Assembly: GCA_964484505.1 (NCBI GenBank)
Contig: CAZAFB010000002.1
Span: 9,679 to 73,678, forward strand
Direction of reading: 5' to 3'
Source: an uncultured Bdellovibrionales bacterium
GTDB taxonomy: Bacteria; Patescibacteriota; Minisyncoccia; Moranbacterales; GWC2-37-73
DNA: 64,000 bases
A program made the position numbers and the translations under genes. This document shows, one piece after another, positions 49,105-59,211 of the stretch. How positions within the stretch are numbered: position 1 is the stretch's first letter; every line of letters starts with the position of its first letter. The notes below the pieces were generated by a model. That model was not told where the DNA came from. It searched no databases and saw only the letters and a list, made by a program, of their open reading frames with translations.

Positions 49105-49659
49105 TTAAGTTGGCAATTTGGTCCAATTTCTCAGAGAAACTGTCGATTGCACAGCCATTAATCCAGCATCCTGAACATCAACCAGGGATGATATCGTAAC
49201 CCTTCCGGCACTCGATGCAGTCGGCAAAAGAACCCTGAAATTTACATATCCTCCCGATCCCATATTTTCCACTAAAGTGCTTGTTGGCGTCACACTTTCA
49301 TTCTTGCAGTCATTAATACTAGTTGATGCGCCAACGCCCATTTTTAGTGCTCCGCTAACATAACTATAAACAATGCAGGCACTGGTACTTTGCGAATGAT
49401 CGTACACCTTCAACTGTTGAGTATCTCCTGAAGTAGCCATGTTGACAACCGTACTTGTCCTGATAACTTTAGTCATGATATTCATGGCCTCATTGGATTG
49501 CTCCAGCGCTTTTTGTTGAGCCCTCACCACTCGAAAAGTCTTGAAAAAACTGGCAAAAGTTCCTGAAATCATGGTCATAGCCAAAGTGAACACAAAAAGA
49601 GAAACCAACACCTCTATCAGGGTAAAACCTTTTAATATTTTTGTTTTTTTATGATTCAT
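49105..49659 (-). CDS. Minor (pseudo)pilin with prepilin N-terminal cleavage/methylation motif
   Basis: KGFTLIEVLVSLFVFTLAMTMISG matches the type IV prepilin leader/GFTLIE motif. Confidence 0.6.
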   Translation of the reverse strand: MNHKKTKILKGFTLIEVLVSLFVFTLAMTMISGTFASFFKTFRVVRAQQKALEQSNEAMNIMTKVIRTSTVVNMATSGDTQQLKVYDHSQSTSACIVYSYVSGALKMGVGASTSINDCKNESVTPTSTLVENMGSGGYVNFRVLLPTASSAGRVTISSLVDVQDAGLMAVQSTVSLRNWTKLPT

Positions 49660-49688
49660 TGAAATAATTTAACTGTTCTTCGTTATTT

Positions 49689-50276
49689 TTATTTCTCAAT
49701 AATGGTTTTGTATGCGACACATTTTTTGGCCAAAGAGCAATCAGACTCAGGTGGATAAGAACCATTCCAGCTTACAACACTTATTACCACTTTTTTGTCG
49801 GAACTTCCTTCATCAGTTATTGAAATCCTGCGACTGAATTTTGTGGCAATTCCAGTTGAAGAACTACCATAGAAACCGGTTGCCTGATTTAAATACAAAG
49901 CATATGGACCACCGCTGCTGGTGCCCTTATTACAAAAGCTTGCGGATGAAGTGCCCCAGGAATCAAGATCGCTATCAGCAAATATCACACACTGATCGCT
50001 CCCGGAAACTTCTTCCAGGTGCAAAAATTGGTCCGATGCGCTAGAAGCTATATTATTGTCCCTAATAAAACGTACCAGTTCCGTACCTTCTTGGGCAAGT
50101 TGAGAGGCAACTATCTGGTCACGACTAAGCATGGTTGTCTTAAGATTATTGGACATCAGAGACAGGACTCCTAGCAAACCGATCAATATAACGAAAATTG
50201 AAATAACCACCTCCAACATGGAGAAGGCTTTTTTATTCCCTATTTTTTTTATTTTTTTGATAATTTTATTTTTCAT
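49689..50276 (-). CDS. Minor (pseudo)pilin with prepilin-type N-terminus
   Basis: KKAFSMLEVVISIFVILIGLLGVLSL is an (A/G)F(S/T)(L/M)(L/I)E prepilin motif followed by a hydrophobic helix. Confidence 0.55.
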   Translation of the reverse strand: MKNKIIKKIKKIGNKKAFSMLEVVISIFVILIGLLGVLSLMSNNLKTTMLSRDQIVASQLAQEGTELVRFIRDNNIASSASDQFLHLEEVSGSDQCVIFADSDLDSWGTSSASFCNKGTSSGGPYALYLNQATGFYGSSSTGIATKFSRRISITDEGSSDKKVVISVVSWNGSYPPESDCSLAKKCVAYKTIIEK

Positions 50277-50285
50277 ATAGAAATA

Positions 50286-50843
50286 TTAAGGGCAAGTTGC
50301 ATTACCCTCTAGTTCTACAATATTTCCCGTGCTGGAATTTATGCACAAAGTCCATTTTTTGCTATTATCAGAAGTGGATTGAAGTACTATTTTCCCACCA
50401 CCGGTTATTGAAGCTCTGGGAGCATTAAAAGAAATGGCTTGCGTGTCTGTTGCTCCACTATCATAATTTACACCACTTATCTCGCCCGACAAATCATAGC
50501 TTCCCGTAGCACCGGAACACGTACCACTATTGGACAATGTATATTGGGAATTATACGAAAGCTTTCCCGAAGCATTTACTATATTAATGGTAAAGCGACA
50601 TGCAATCTGATCATTACTCGGTCCAACCATTTTGCCGGCAAGAGAATCGTTTTGAACCTGTCTAACCAAGGCGGCAAGCTGGCGGGCAGCGACCTCCACG
50701 GTCTTTTGCGGCTTTACTCCTTGAAGACTAACGATAGTTGCAGCAGTCATTATTCCTATGATTGCCATAACCACAATCAATTCAACCAGGCTGAATCCTT
50801 GCTTATTTAATAAATATGTTTTTTGTTTTTTTATATTTTGCAT
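50286..50843 (-). CDS. Minor (pseudo)pilin (FimT/GspH-like) with prepilin N-terminus
   Basis: KQGFSLVELIVVMAIIGIMTAATIVSL. Confidence 0.6.
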   Translation of the reverse strand: MQNIKKQKTYLLNKQGFSLVELIVVMAIIGIMTAATIVSLQGVKPQKTVEVAARQLAALVRQVQNDSLAGKMVGPSNDQIACRFTINIVNASGKLSYNSQYTLSNSGTCSGATGSYDLSGEISGVNYDSGATDTQAISFNAPRASITGGGKIVLQSTSDNSKKWTLCINSSTGNIVELEGNATCP

Positions 50844-50940
50844 ATATTTGCGAATAATTCACATGCTTCCAAAAATTCGCGCTTATTTATTGGCGACAAT
50901 TCGCATGTATTTAAAATTTGCATCTATTCGCATCCTAATT

Positions 50941-51738
50941 TTACATCAAAAACAAGAAATTTTCAAATTGAGGAAACATTTGCGGCAGCATAATTGCAAG
51001 CAACATACCCACGACAAGAAACGGCGCGAACGGCACTTGGCTCTTCACTGTTTTTCTACGTAAAAAAACCAGGATCATACTTACTACAGCTCCTACTGTA
51101 AATGAAAAAAGCAATGCCAATAATATGCCCGGCCAACCCATGATCAAACCTGCCAAAAGACCAAGATAAGCGTCTCCCATGCCCATCCAGGTTTCTTTCG
51201 AGGCAGCTGCCAAAACAAAGAAAAAAAGAAAGGCCACGATACCCGCAATCAGACTTGAAATTAAATTAAGTGAAAGCAAGCTATCTGCCGTGCCGAATTG
51301 ATTCCAATCAGCAATCAGAGAATACACAACAGCTACAGCTACGCCAGCCCAAAGAATAATCATTGGTATTTCCATATACTTAAGGTCGTAAATGAAAATA
51401 ATAATCAACAGCGAAAATTCAGCCATTAAATAAAGCGTGGTAAGCCAAGAAAACATATCAGCTTGAACAAAGAAATATGACCCGATCATAGCAAAAACAA
51501 TCCCCGTCATCAATTCAACAGCGGGATATTGCCAAGAAATCTTCTCTCCGCAATCACGACATCTGGCACTCAGCACGATGAAGCTAAGCAGCGGAACGTT
51601 GTCAAACCAACGAATCTTTTTCTTACAATGTGGGCAATGCGACCGCTCCCAAAGCGACTCGACAGCATCAAGGCGATATACAACGGCATTTAAGAAGCTG
51701 CCGATAATCAGACCTAGGATGAAGAAAATTATAAACAT
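50941..51738 (-). CDS. pilD: Prepilin peptidase (A24 family)
   Basis: N-terminal GLIIGSFLNAVVYRL, Cys-tetrad region CPHCKKKIRWFDNVPLLSFIVLSARCRDCGEKISWQYP and multiple TM helices. Confidence 0.8.
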   Translation of the reverse strand: MFIIFFILGLIIGSFLNAVVYRLDAVESLWERSHCPHCKKKIRWFDNVPLLSFIVLSARCRDCGEKISWQYPAVELMTGIVFAMIGSYFFVQADMFSWLTTLYLMAEFSLLIIIFIYDLKYMEIPMIILWAGVAVAVVYSLIADWNQFGTADSLLSLNLISSLIAGIVAFLFFFVLAAASKETWMGMGDAYLGLLAGLIMGWPGILLALLFSFTVGAVVSMILVFLRRKTVKSQVPFAPFLVVGMLLAIMLPQMFPQFENFLFLM

Positions 51739-51845
51739 AGAAAATTTATTGCCATATTCTTTATGCCACTATTGTACAACAGAAAATAAAAATAAACCAG
51801 CCAGAGACAATCTCTGGCTGGTTTTAATCAACTAAATATAGGTTT

Positions 51846-52253
51846 CTAACAACCTGTAAATATTACGCCTGCCTGAGTAAACGTTACACCTGTGCAAGTA
51901 CCAGCTGGCCAACCTGCAGTGACGGTAATATCAAATGTTCCCGCTCCATTTGGTCCACAATCGTCATTATTAGGAGCAGTTTCCGAAATAGCTATGCCTG
52001 TAGTATTCGGGTTTGGCAATGGAATGTCTCCAGAAATATCCGTAGTTCCATCCAAAGCACCGTCACAAGCTATGATTGCACCTGCTTGCATTGAAGAGAT
52101 CTGCGACTTGAAATTAGCAACCTGCGCTTTTGTTCGCGCGTTGCTCAAACTGACAAGCACCACGGATGCCAAGATACCGATGATCGCAATAACGATCAAG
52201 AGTTCGATAAGCGTAAAGCCTCTTTTTGTTTTTCTCATTATGTTCCTCGGCAT
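51846..52253 (-). CDS. pilA: Type IV major pilin (PilA-like), copy 1 (probable start at [12 protein letters not shown], 52238)
   Basis: [56 protein letters not shown]: prepilin leader and conserved alpha-1 helix. Confidence 0.75.
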   Translation of the reverse strand: MPRNIMRKTKRGFTLIELLIVIAIIGILASVVLVSLSNARTKAQVANFKSQISSMQAGAIIACDGALDGTTDISGDIPLPNPNTTGIAISETAPNNDDCGPNGAGTFDITVTAGWPAGTCTGVTFTQAGVIFTGC

Positions 52254-52387
52254 TCATTCTTTACCTTTTAAAATAAAACAAGTATGCCGATTTTTAAAAT
52301 TATTAAACCAAATAAATAGGAAAGACCAACAAAATCAAAGATTTCATATGTCTGCCAAAATAAATCAGCAGACAAGAAAATCTTCGA

Positions 52388-52807
52388 TTAACATCCCGTG
52401 AAAGTCACACCTGTTTCAGTATATGTGGTAGCTGTACAAGCTGCAGGCCTGCCTCCTGTAATGGAAACACTAAACGTTCCAGCTCCAGTGGGTCCGCAAC
52501 TTGAAGCGGTAACATTTACAGTAATGCCGGATCCAGCAGGAGTAGGCACATCTGCGTTGGCAATATTGATTCCCGGAGCACCATCACAAGCGATAATCGT
52601 ACCCGCTTGCATCGAAGAAACTTGCGATTTGAAATTAGCAACAGTTGCTTTTGATCGCGCATTGCTCAAACTGACGAGAACTACTGACGCCAAAATACCG
52701 ATGATCGCGATAACGATCAAAAGTTCAATCAAAGTAAAGCCTCTTTTTTGTGTCTTCTTCATAAAAAACACCTCCTTTCTTTTTTGGAAAAGCGTTTTCA
52801 AAAGCAT
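52388..52807 (-). CDS. pilA: Type IV major pilin (PilA-like), copy 2 (probable start at [13 protein letters not shown], 52762)
   Basis: [56 protein letters not shown] is nearly identical to copy 1 in the N-terminal 55 residues. The C-terminal globular part diverges. Confidence 0.75.
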   Translation of the reverse strand: MLLKTLFQKRKEVFFMKKTQKRGFTLIELLIVIAIIGILASVVLVSLSNARSKATVANFKSQVSSMQAGTIIACDGAPGINIANADVPTPAGSGITVNVTASSCGPTGAGTFSVSITGGRPAACTATTYTETGVTFTGC

Positions 52808-52984
52808 GATACCCTATCTTTTCTTGCATTATGCCTTCGGGGTCGCTTTCCGCTTGTTTATATTTTATATCCTTTATCAACTCTACACAACAACCTTATC
52901 CACACAACATCGGTACCGTCAATAATTCACATGTTTCTCTATTCGCATCCATTCACCTTTATCATTCGTGAAAATTCGCATATG

Positions 52985-54196
52985 CTATTTTATTTGCCCT
53001 GCTATATTGTATATCGGCATAAGGATTGTGAAAACCAATATTGCCACACCGATACCAAGAATCACAATCAAAATCGGTTCAATCAAGGTTGTCATGTTAC
53101 GCGTCATGCGATCAGTTTCCCTTTCATAAAACTCGGCAACGTTTTTGAGCACCTCTTGAATTTTTCCCGAATCCTCACCGATTTTGATCATGCGTGGAAT
53201 AATCGGCGGAAACTCCCGGGAGCGAGCGAAGACCAAACTCATCGCACCACCCGTCTTTACCTCATCAGCAGCGCGCAAAATTACTGACTTATACACATCA
53301 TTGTTCACCACATCCGCCACAATAATCAAGGCTCGCACAACTGGAATACCTCCCGTTAGGAGAACAGCGAGATTTTCAGCGAAGCGCACCATATATAAAT
53401 CGCGAAAAAGAGCCCCAAATACGGGGATTTTTAACTTCCACTGATCCCATTCCCGCTTACCAGAGTCTGTTTTTATATAATACATTACCCCTAAAACAGC
53501 TCCGATAATCAATATAACAATCAACCACCAATAATGTCTGGCAAAATTACTGGAAGATATAATCATTTTAGTATACCAAGGCAATTCTATTTCCATATCA
53601 GCAAAAATGGCGGTAAGTTTTGGGATTACAATGGTAAAAACAATAAAACCGATAATCACGGCTGCAGTCAGAATAAATCCGGGATAAAAAAGCGCGCTTT
53701 TTATTTTATTGGTTAGTTCATAGTTTTTCTCGGTATTTTCCGCAAGAAATGCCAATGATTTCTGGAGATTTCCGGAAACTTCTCCAGCACGCACCATGCT
53801 TACCATCAACTGAGTGAAAACTGTCGGATGCTTTGATAAACTATCGGAAAGCGACATACCATCTTTTACATCAAGCACTATCTCATCTATCACCAACTTG
53901 AAATATTTGTTTTCCGTCTGTTCACCTATGGTCTGCAAAGATGTGACTACAGGCACCTTGGCATCGATAAGAGTGGCAAATTGCCTGAGAAAAACGGCCA
54001 ATTCTCTTTGACTAGCACCCTCCCAGATTCTTTTTATATCCTTTATGACATCAGAGTTCTTTTTTTCCTCTTCAATGGAAAGCGGGATCAAGCCGTTACT
54101 TTGAAGGATTTGTGCCACAGCCTCGCGACTCATGGCTTCGACACTGCCTTCTCGAACTTCCCCCGTGGAACCCTTGGCTTTGAATAAAAATTTCAT
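52985..54196 (-). CDS. pilC: Type IV pilus inner-membrane platform protein PilC (GspF family)
   Basis: 403 aa with two T2SS-F-type domains and three TM segments. It lies between pilT and pilA, as is typical. Confidence 0.8.
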   Translation of the reverse strand: MKFLFKAKGSTGEVREGSVEAMSREAVAQILQSNGLIPLSIEEEKKNSDVIKDIKRIWEGASQRELAVFLRQFATLIDAKVPVVTSLQTIGEQTENKYFKLVIDEIVLDVKDGMSLSDSLSKHPTVFTQLMVSMVRAGEVSGNLQKSLAFLAENTEKNYELTNKIKSALFYPGFILTAAVIIGFIVFTIVIPKLTAIFADMEIELPWYTKMIISSSNFARHYWWLIVILIIGAVLGVMYYIKTDSGKREWDQWKLKIPVFGALFRDLYMVRFAENLAVLLTGGIPVVRALIIVADVVNNDVYKSVILRAADEVKTGGAMSLVFARSREFPPIIPRMIKIGEDSGKIQEVLKNVAEFYERETDRMTRNMTTLIEPILIVILGIGVAILVFTILMPIYNIAGQIK

Positions 54197-54289
54197 AAAA
54201 CTCGCGAATGCGGAGCCAATGACAACGAATTAAAGCAAATATTCGCACCCATTAGCCTTTATTCGCTCTTTATTAGCGAGTTACTTGTT

Positions 54290-55369
54290 TTACTTTTTTG
54301 AAATAAGCATCTGTAAATATTCCCTATTCTTTGCATACACGAAAGCATCATCAGCCGTAATTGTGCCGCGCATAACCAAATCAGCCAGAGCCTTATCCAG
54401 AGATATCATGCCTTCACGCATACTCGTTTCGATAACCGAATCTATTTGATATGACTTGTTTTCACGGATAAGATTCTCCACGGCATGATTCTTGATCATA
54501 ATTTCCATTGCCGGAACACGTCCACCGCCAACCTTGGGAACCAAGCGTTGAGAAACAACGCCAACCAAAACGCTTGCCAGCTGGGAGCGGATTTGGTTTT
54601 GTTGATGAGCAGGGAAAACATCAATGATACGATCGATGGTCTGGGTCGTATCATTCGTGTGCAGAGTTCCCAAAATCAAATGCCCCGTTTCAGCAGCCGT
54701 CATGGCAGTACCGATGGTGTCCAAATCACGCATTTCACCAATAAGCACCACATTGGCATCTTCGCGAAAGACCGCACGTAAGCCCTCTTTGAAAGACTTT
54801 GTATCCCTTCCCACTTCGCGCTGATTGATGATACATCGATCTTGTTCGTAGATATATTCAATCGGATCCTCGATTGTGATAACATGTTTGTCCTGCGAGT
54901 GATTGATAAAATCAATCATCGCCGCAAGCGTAGTGGATTTTCCGTGACCAACCGGTCCGGTAACCAAAAGCAAACCTTGGGTAAGATGCATGAAATCATA
55001 AAGCATCGGCGATATATTCAATTCCTCCAGAGTTCTGATCTTGCCGGAAATTTGACGCATCGTAACACTAATATTGCCTTTTTGAAAAAAAATGTTGGTA
55101 CGAAAGCGAGCCTTATCTTCAAAATTGTATGAGAAATCAACCTGCCCTTCGTCAAGCAGTTTCTTTTTATTATCTTCGCTCAAGATGGCATCGGAAAGAT
55201 TTTTAGTATCTTCCGCAGTAAGCATGCTCTCTTGGGTAATCGGATAAAGTTTTCCGTCTAAACGCAAAGTAGGATACCTGCTTACAACCAGATGAAGATC
55301 GGAAGCGCCCTGCTGACACACTATTCTCAGCAGATTTTTCATGCGCTGTTCATTGTGCAATGTATCCAT
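54290..55369 (-). CDS. pilT: Twitching-motility/retraction ATPase PilT
   Basis: LLVTGPVGHGKSTTLAAMIDFIN (Walker A), VVLIGEMRDLDTI, ETGHLILGTLHTNDTTQTIDRIID, and a length of about 359 aa. Confidence 0.85.
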   Translation of the reverse strand: MDTLHNEQRMKNLLRIVCQQGASDLHLVVSRYPTLRLDGKLYPITQESMLTAEDTKNLSDAILSEDNKKKLLDEGQVDFSYNFEDKARFRTNIFFQKGNISVTMRQISGKIRTLEELNISPMLYDFMHLTQGLLLVTGPVGHGKSTTLAAMIDFINHSQDKHVITIEDPIEYIYEQDRCIINQREVGRDTKSFKEGLRAVFREDANVVLIGEMRDLDTIGTAMTAAETGHLILGTLHTNDTTQTIDRIIDVFPAHQQNQIRSQLASVLVGVVSQRLVPKVGGGRVPAMEIMIKNHAVENLIRENKSYQIDSVIETSMREGMISLDKALADLVMRGTITADDAFVYAKNREYLQMLISKK

Positions 55370-55429
55370 AATTTATTTTTTATTTTTTATCGTTTTTTTT
55401 GTTTTATTGATATTCGTATTGAACAAACT

Positions 55430-55813
55430 TTAGCATACACTGATAGCAGCCCTGATCTTTTCCACAACTTCCGAGGGAGTAAAGTGTGATTTAATAATGT
55501 AATCATTTACTCCCCGTTCCAAAATCTCATTAACACGATCTTTTTCGGAAAGGTTGGTCAACATTATTATTTTGAGATTTTTCCACTCTTCTTTTTTCTG
55601 AATTTTTTCCAGTACCTCGATTCCATCCATATATGGCATGACCATGTCCAACAAAACCAGATCCGGCAAATCTTCTTCGAGATATTTAATCGCTTCCACA
55701 CCGTTAGTTGCACAAGTAACATCAAATCCTTCTTGCTTCAATTTGAGATTATAAATATCCTGCACAAAAACATCGTCCTCAACCAACAATATTTTTTTCT
55801 TATTTGCTTCCAT
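55430..55813 (-). CDS. Stand-alone response-regulator receiver domain (CheY-like) embedded between pilB and pilT
   Basis: KKILLVEDDVFVQDIYNLKLKQEGFDVTCATNGVEAIKYLEEDLPDLVLLDMVMPYMDGIEVLEKI, with the conserved DD...D...K pattern. There is no output domain. Confidence 0.75.
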   Translation of the reverse strand: MEANKKKILLVEDDVFVQDIYNLKLKQEGFDVTCATNGVEAIKYLEEDLPDLVLLDMVMPYMDGIEVLEKIQKKEEWKNLKIIMLTNLSEKDRVNEILERGVNDYIIKSHFTPSEVVEKIRAAISVC

Positions 55814-56011
55814 ATTATTGTTATTTATAAAATGAGAACCCGTCTTTTCAGAACTTACGCGTTTGAATTTTTAAAATTTCAGCAAATATTGTTTTTTGCG
55901 CACTGCCGGCCGACCCGAGAGGGAAAGGCAAGCAAAAAATATATATTTGCTTGAAATTTATGCAAATGCTTAACTCCTATTATTATAAAATAGAGGCGCG
56001 TCTATTGCAAA

Positions 56012-57724
56012 TCAACCACGATCATCGTCAACATCGCCACCGATACTAAGACTTCCCTCAGTCACTCTTTCCACTTCCGCAAAAGTGGTAAGACCTTTTA
56101 AAACCTTCAACATACCATCTTGTTTCATGGTTACCATTTTAGTGCTTTCTGCATATTTTTTAACAAATACTTCTTCGCCATGATGCTCTGAAATTATTTC
56201 CTTCAATTCAGCATTCACTTCAAGAACTTCAAAAATAGCAACACGCCCCTTATATCCGGTCTTTGCACATGCTTCACATCCTTTTCCTTGATATATTCTT
56301 ATGCCTTCATTGATATCAACCCCATATTTAGCCAACTCTTCAGAATCAATCCTGGAGAGTTCGTTTTTAATGAATTCTTTGATAGCATTAGAAACTTCCA
56401 CTTCTTCTTTACATTCTTGACATATACGCCTAACCAAACGCTGAGCTGCTACCGCTTGCAATGAAGATGAAAGAAGGAATGGTTCTATACCCATATCGAT
56501 CAAGCGCGGAATAGCTCCTATTGAGGTGTTGGTGTGTAATGTGGAAAAAACAAGATGTCCCGTAAGGGCGGCGTGTATGGAAAGCTCCGCGGTCTCCGTA
56601 TCTCTAATTTCACCCACCATTATTACATTCGGATCTTGACGAAGAATGGAGCGCAAACCACTGGCAAAAGTATATCCGATTTCCGGTTTGATCTGACTCT
56701 GGTTTACTCCTTCCACGGAATATTCAACAGGATCTTCCAAGGTCACAATGTTTCGCTCTTCCTTATTGAGAATTTGCAAGAAAGAATAAAGAGTTGTTGA
56801 TTTCCCGCTCCCAGTAGGTCCGGTTATCAGAATTATGCCATAAGGCTCTCTTATTCTTTTTAATAATATATCCCTGTTACTTGCAATAAGCCCCAGTGTT
56901 TCCACATCAATCATTTTATCACCCTTGTCCAGAAGTCGCAGCACTGCCTTTTCCCCCTCCACCACGGGCAAAGTCGAAACGCGAAAATCTACAGGCTTGC
57001 CGTTTTCCACCACCCTGAAACGACCATCCTGAGGTTTTCTTTTCTCATCTATTTTTAAATTGGAAATTATCTTAATACGGGAAACCACCGCTCGACCAAC
57101 TTCCTTGGGAACAGCAAACGATGAATGTAAAACACCGTCAACCCGAAAACGTATTCGATATTCCTTATCCATGGGCTCAATATGAATATCGCTGGCTTTA
57201 CCTTCAATTGCATGCTTAATTACAACACTAAGCAGTTTGGTGATTGGAGCATCCTGAATAGCCTCCTTTTTTTCTACTGTCTGATCTTTTTCAAAAATAT
57301 CGCCAAAATCATCGCCTTGCAATGATTGCATGGCTTCCTGAATAGCCTTTTCCGTATTGGAATATTGCCCCAAAACCCCCTGAAAAACTTCTTCACCGAT
57401 AAGATAAACTTCGAATTCTATTTTTGCGTTTTCCGCGATGAATCTCAAAATATTCATGGCACCCAAGTCATCCGGGTTGACGATTCCCAATTTCACGACA
57501 TTGCCTTTTTTTTCCAATGGCACCATCTTGTGTCTCTTGGCTATATCTTCAGAAATTATATCCAAAACAGCCTTGGGAACTTTCGGCGCTTCCAAAATCA
57601 AAGGAAGGCGATATTTATCCGCCTTTTCCTGCAGTTCCTTATTGGGAGTATCTTTTGCTTCATCTTGCAAGCTGGCAGCAGAGATAATCCCATTATCCTT
57701 TTTTGCGTCTTTCTTCCCCTTCAT
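56012..57724 (-). CDS. pilB: Type IV pilus assembly (extension) ATPase PilB (GspE family)
   Basis: N-terminal GSPII_E_N-like region, Walker A ILITGPTGSGKSTTLYS, the Asp box, TGHLVFSTLHTN and the Cys tetrad CxxC...CxxC near the C-terminus. Confidence 0.85.
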   Translation of the reverse strand: MKGKKDAKKDNGIISAASLQDEAKDTPNKELQEKADKYRLPLILEAPKVPKAVLDIISEDIAKRHKMVPLEKKGNVVKLGIVNPDDLGAMNILRFIAENAKIEFEVYLIGEEVFQGVLGQYSNTEKAIQEAMQSLQGDDFGDIFEKDQTVEKKEAIQDAPITKLLSVVIKHAIEGKASDIHIEPMDKEYRIRFRVDGVLHSSFAVPKEVGRAVVSRIKIISNLKIDEKRKPQDGRFRVVENGKPVDFRVSTLPVVEGEKAVLRLLDKGDKMIDVETLGLIASNRDILLKRIREPYGIILITGPTGSGKSTTLYSFLQILNKEERNIVTLEDPVEYSVEGVNQSQIKPEIGYTFASGLRSILRQDPNVIMVGEIRDTETAELSIHAALTGHLVFSTLHTNTSIGAIPRLIDMGIEPFLLSSSLQAVAAQRLVRRICQECKEEVEVSNAIKEFIKNELSRIDSEELAKYGVDINEGIRIYQGKGCEACAKTGYKGRVAIFEVLEVNAELKEIISEHHGEEVFVKKYAESTKMVTMKQDGMLKVLKGLTTFAEVERVTEGSLSIGGDVDDDRG

Positions 57725-57735
57725 ATTTTACTATT

Positions 57736-58536
57736 TTATGGCAAAAAAGGATTCGCCTTTCCCGCGCCTGAAGCTTCCAAATTAGGCATAACCGTAGCAA
57801 CATTTTCTCTCAACTTATCGACAGTGGAAAAATCATATACCGATCTTAAGAACAAGGGATGGCTATAGCCATTACTGATATTAACCATAGGCAAACTTGC
57901 AAAATTAATAGCTATCTTAGCCTCCAATGTTTGTCCGGAAGCATCTTTTGCCGTTTCCGTGGAAATATGGGCCGCCTTTTGAGAAGTGCTGCCGGCACGT
58001 GAGATAACAACAGAATCAAGAGAGCTTAGCATTTCCATATTATGCAGATTACTCAAAAAAGTCATAATAGATTCATAGGAACCGGACAGTAAAATTGTAC
58101 CTTTTGTATAACTAACCACAGGCGTTTTAACTGTCGCCTCAAGTGAAGGGTCTGATAAGCCATCACCATTGCCTGAAACATCGGCAGCTACCCCTGCTGC
58201 AACAAGAGGTGTTTCTTCTTTAACATTCTCCAAATTAATGTTAAAGAGTATCAGTCCGTTGGAAAGATAATTGATTGAGTCAATAATCCTTTCCTCGGAT
58301 CTATTCTTAGGAACATATCTCTCCGCATAACTCACTCTGTCAACATTTTTTTCAATATCGCTAAGGAGACTTCCCGCATTGCGACTTTTTTGATTCATAT
58401 CAGCAAGCGTCGCTGCCAATTTATCTCCCTCCTTCCTGGCGACTTTTATTTCCTCCCACTGTGGAACGATGAAACTGAGCACTAAGGTGACGGAGACAAG
58501 TAACATTAACGGAAAAAATAGAAGTTTCAAGCGCAT
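57736..58536 (-). CDS. pilO: PilO-like pilus assembly protein (N-terminal TM plus coiled coil)
   Basis: TM (LLFFPLMLLVSVTLVLSFIV) then a coiled-coil / periplasmic domain. It sits between pilN-like and pilB. Confidence 0.45.
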   Translation of the reverse strand: MRLKLLFFPLMLLVSVTLVLSFIVPQWEEIKVARKEGDKLAATLADMNQKSRNAGSLLSDIEKNVDRVSYAERYVPKNRSEERIIDSINYLSNGLILFNINLENVKEETPLVAAGVAADVSGNGDGLSDPSLEATVKTPVVSYTKGTILLSGSYESIMTFLSNLHNMEMLSSLDSVVISRAGSTSQKAAHISTETAKDASGQTLEAKIAINFASLPMVNISNGYSHPLFLRSVYDFSTVDKLRENVATVMPNLEASGAGKANPFLP

Positions 58537-58592
58537 ATTTTTTGTTCGAGAAAACTTTTCTAATCAGAAAAGTCTGCTCTGTTTGTATTTAA

Positions 58593-59123
58593 TTATTTGT
58601 TTTTGAAATTACCGCTTATTTTAAAAATTATGCCCTTTTCTGTCCTTTTCATATCCTTCACAACCAAACTATCGATATTTCCGGAACTCTTGAAACTAAG
58701 GACCTGTTTAGCAATTGAAAGAAAATCATTGGCAATAAAATCTATCTCTAAAAGCTTGTTCTCATATGAAAAAGAATCGACATACACACCTGGCAACATA
58801 GAATTTTTGATTGCATCCATCATCTTATTGGCATCTTGCCTTGTTGTAAAATTTTCTTTGATAACATCCAGCCGTTGTTGCAAATCGACCATCCTGTTAA
58901 CCTTATCCTTGGAAAAACTTTGCTGCAGTTGAACTATCTGCTCGTTCATTTGCTCATTATTATGCACAGTCCTGTAATGGAAAAATTTAAAGCCGCCCCA
59001 AACCAGCAACGTCACCACCAAAACTCCTATGGAAATAAAGAAGCCTTTATCAGCGACAGCGTTCCTGTTGTCTGACTGGCTCAATTCATCCGTAGATGAC
59101 TGATGAAAATTAATCGATGTCAT
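58593..59123 (-). CDS. pilN: PilN-like pilus assembly protein
   Basis: Short cytoplasmic N-terminus, single TM (FFISIGVLVVTLLVWGGFKFF) and a coiled-coil periplasmic part. It is immediately downstream of pilM. Confidence 0.45.
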   Translation of the reverse strand: MTSINFHQSSTDELSQSDNRNAVADKGFFISIGVLVVTLLVWGGFKFFHYRTVHNNEQMNEQIVQLQQSFSKDKVNRMVDLQQRLDVIKENFTTRQDANKMMDAIKNSMLPGVYVDSFSYENKLLEIDFIANDFLSIAKQVLSFKSSGNIDSLVVKDMKRTEKGIIFKISGNFKNK

Positions 59124-59211
59124 ATTTTTTATTTTTTATTATATTTGTTATATTTATGAATTTTCTAGTTGTTTGCAGTCAAAAATTCGCACAAGCATGT
59201 TCACAAAAATT

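Noticed and set aside
50880-50900. Sigma-54-type promoter (tGGcgacaattcGCa) upstream of the minor-pilin operon
   Set aside because: GG to GC spacing is 9 nt, not 10, and rpoN is not visible in this window. It was not called.
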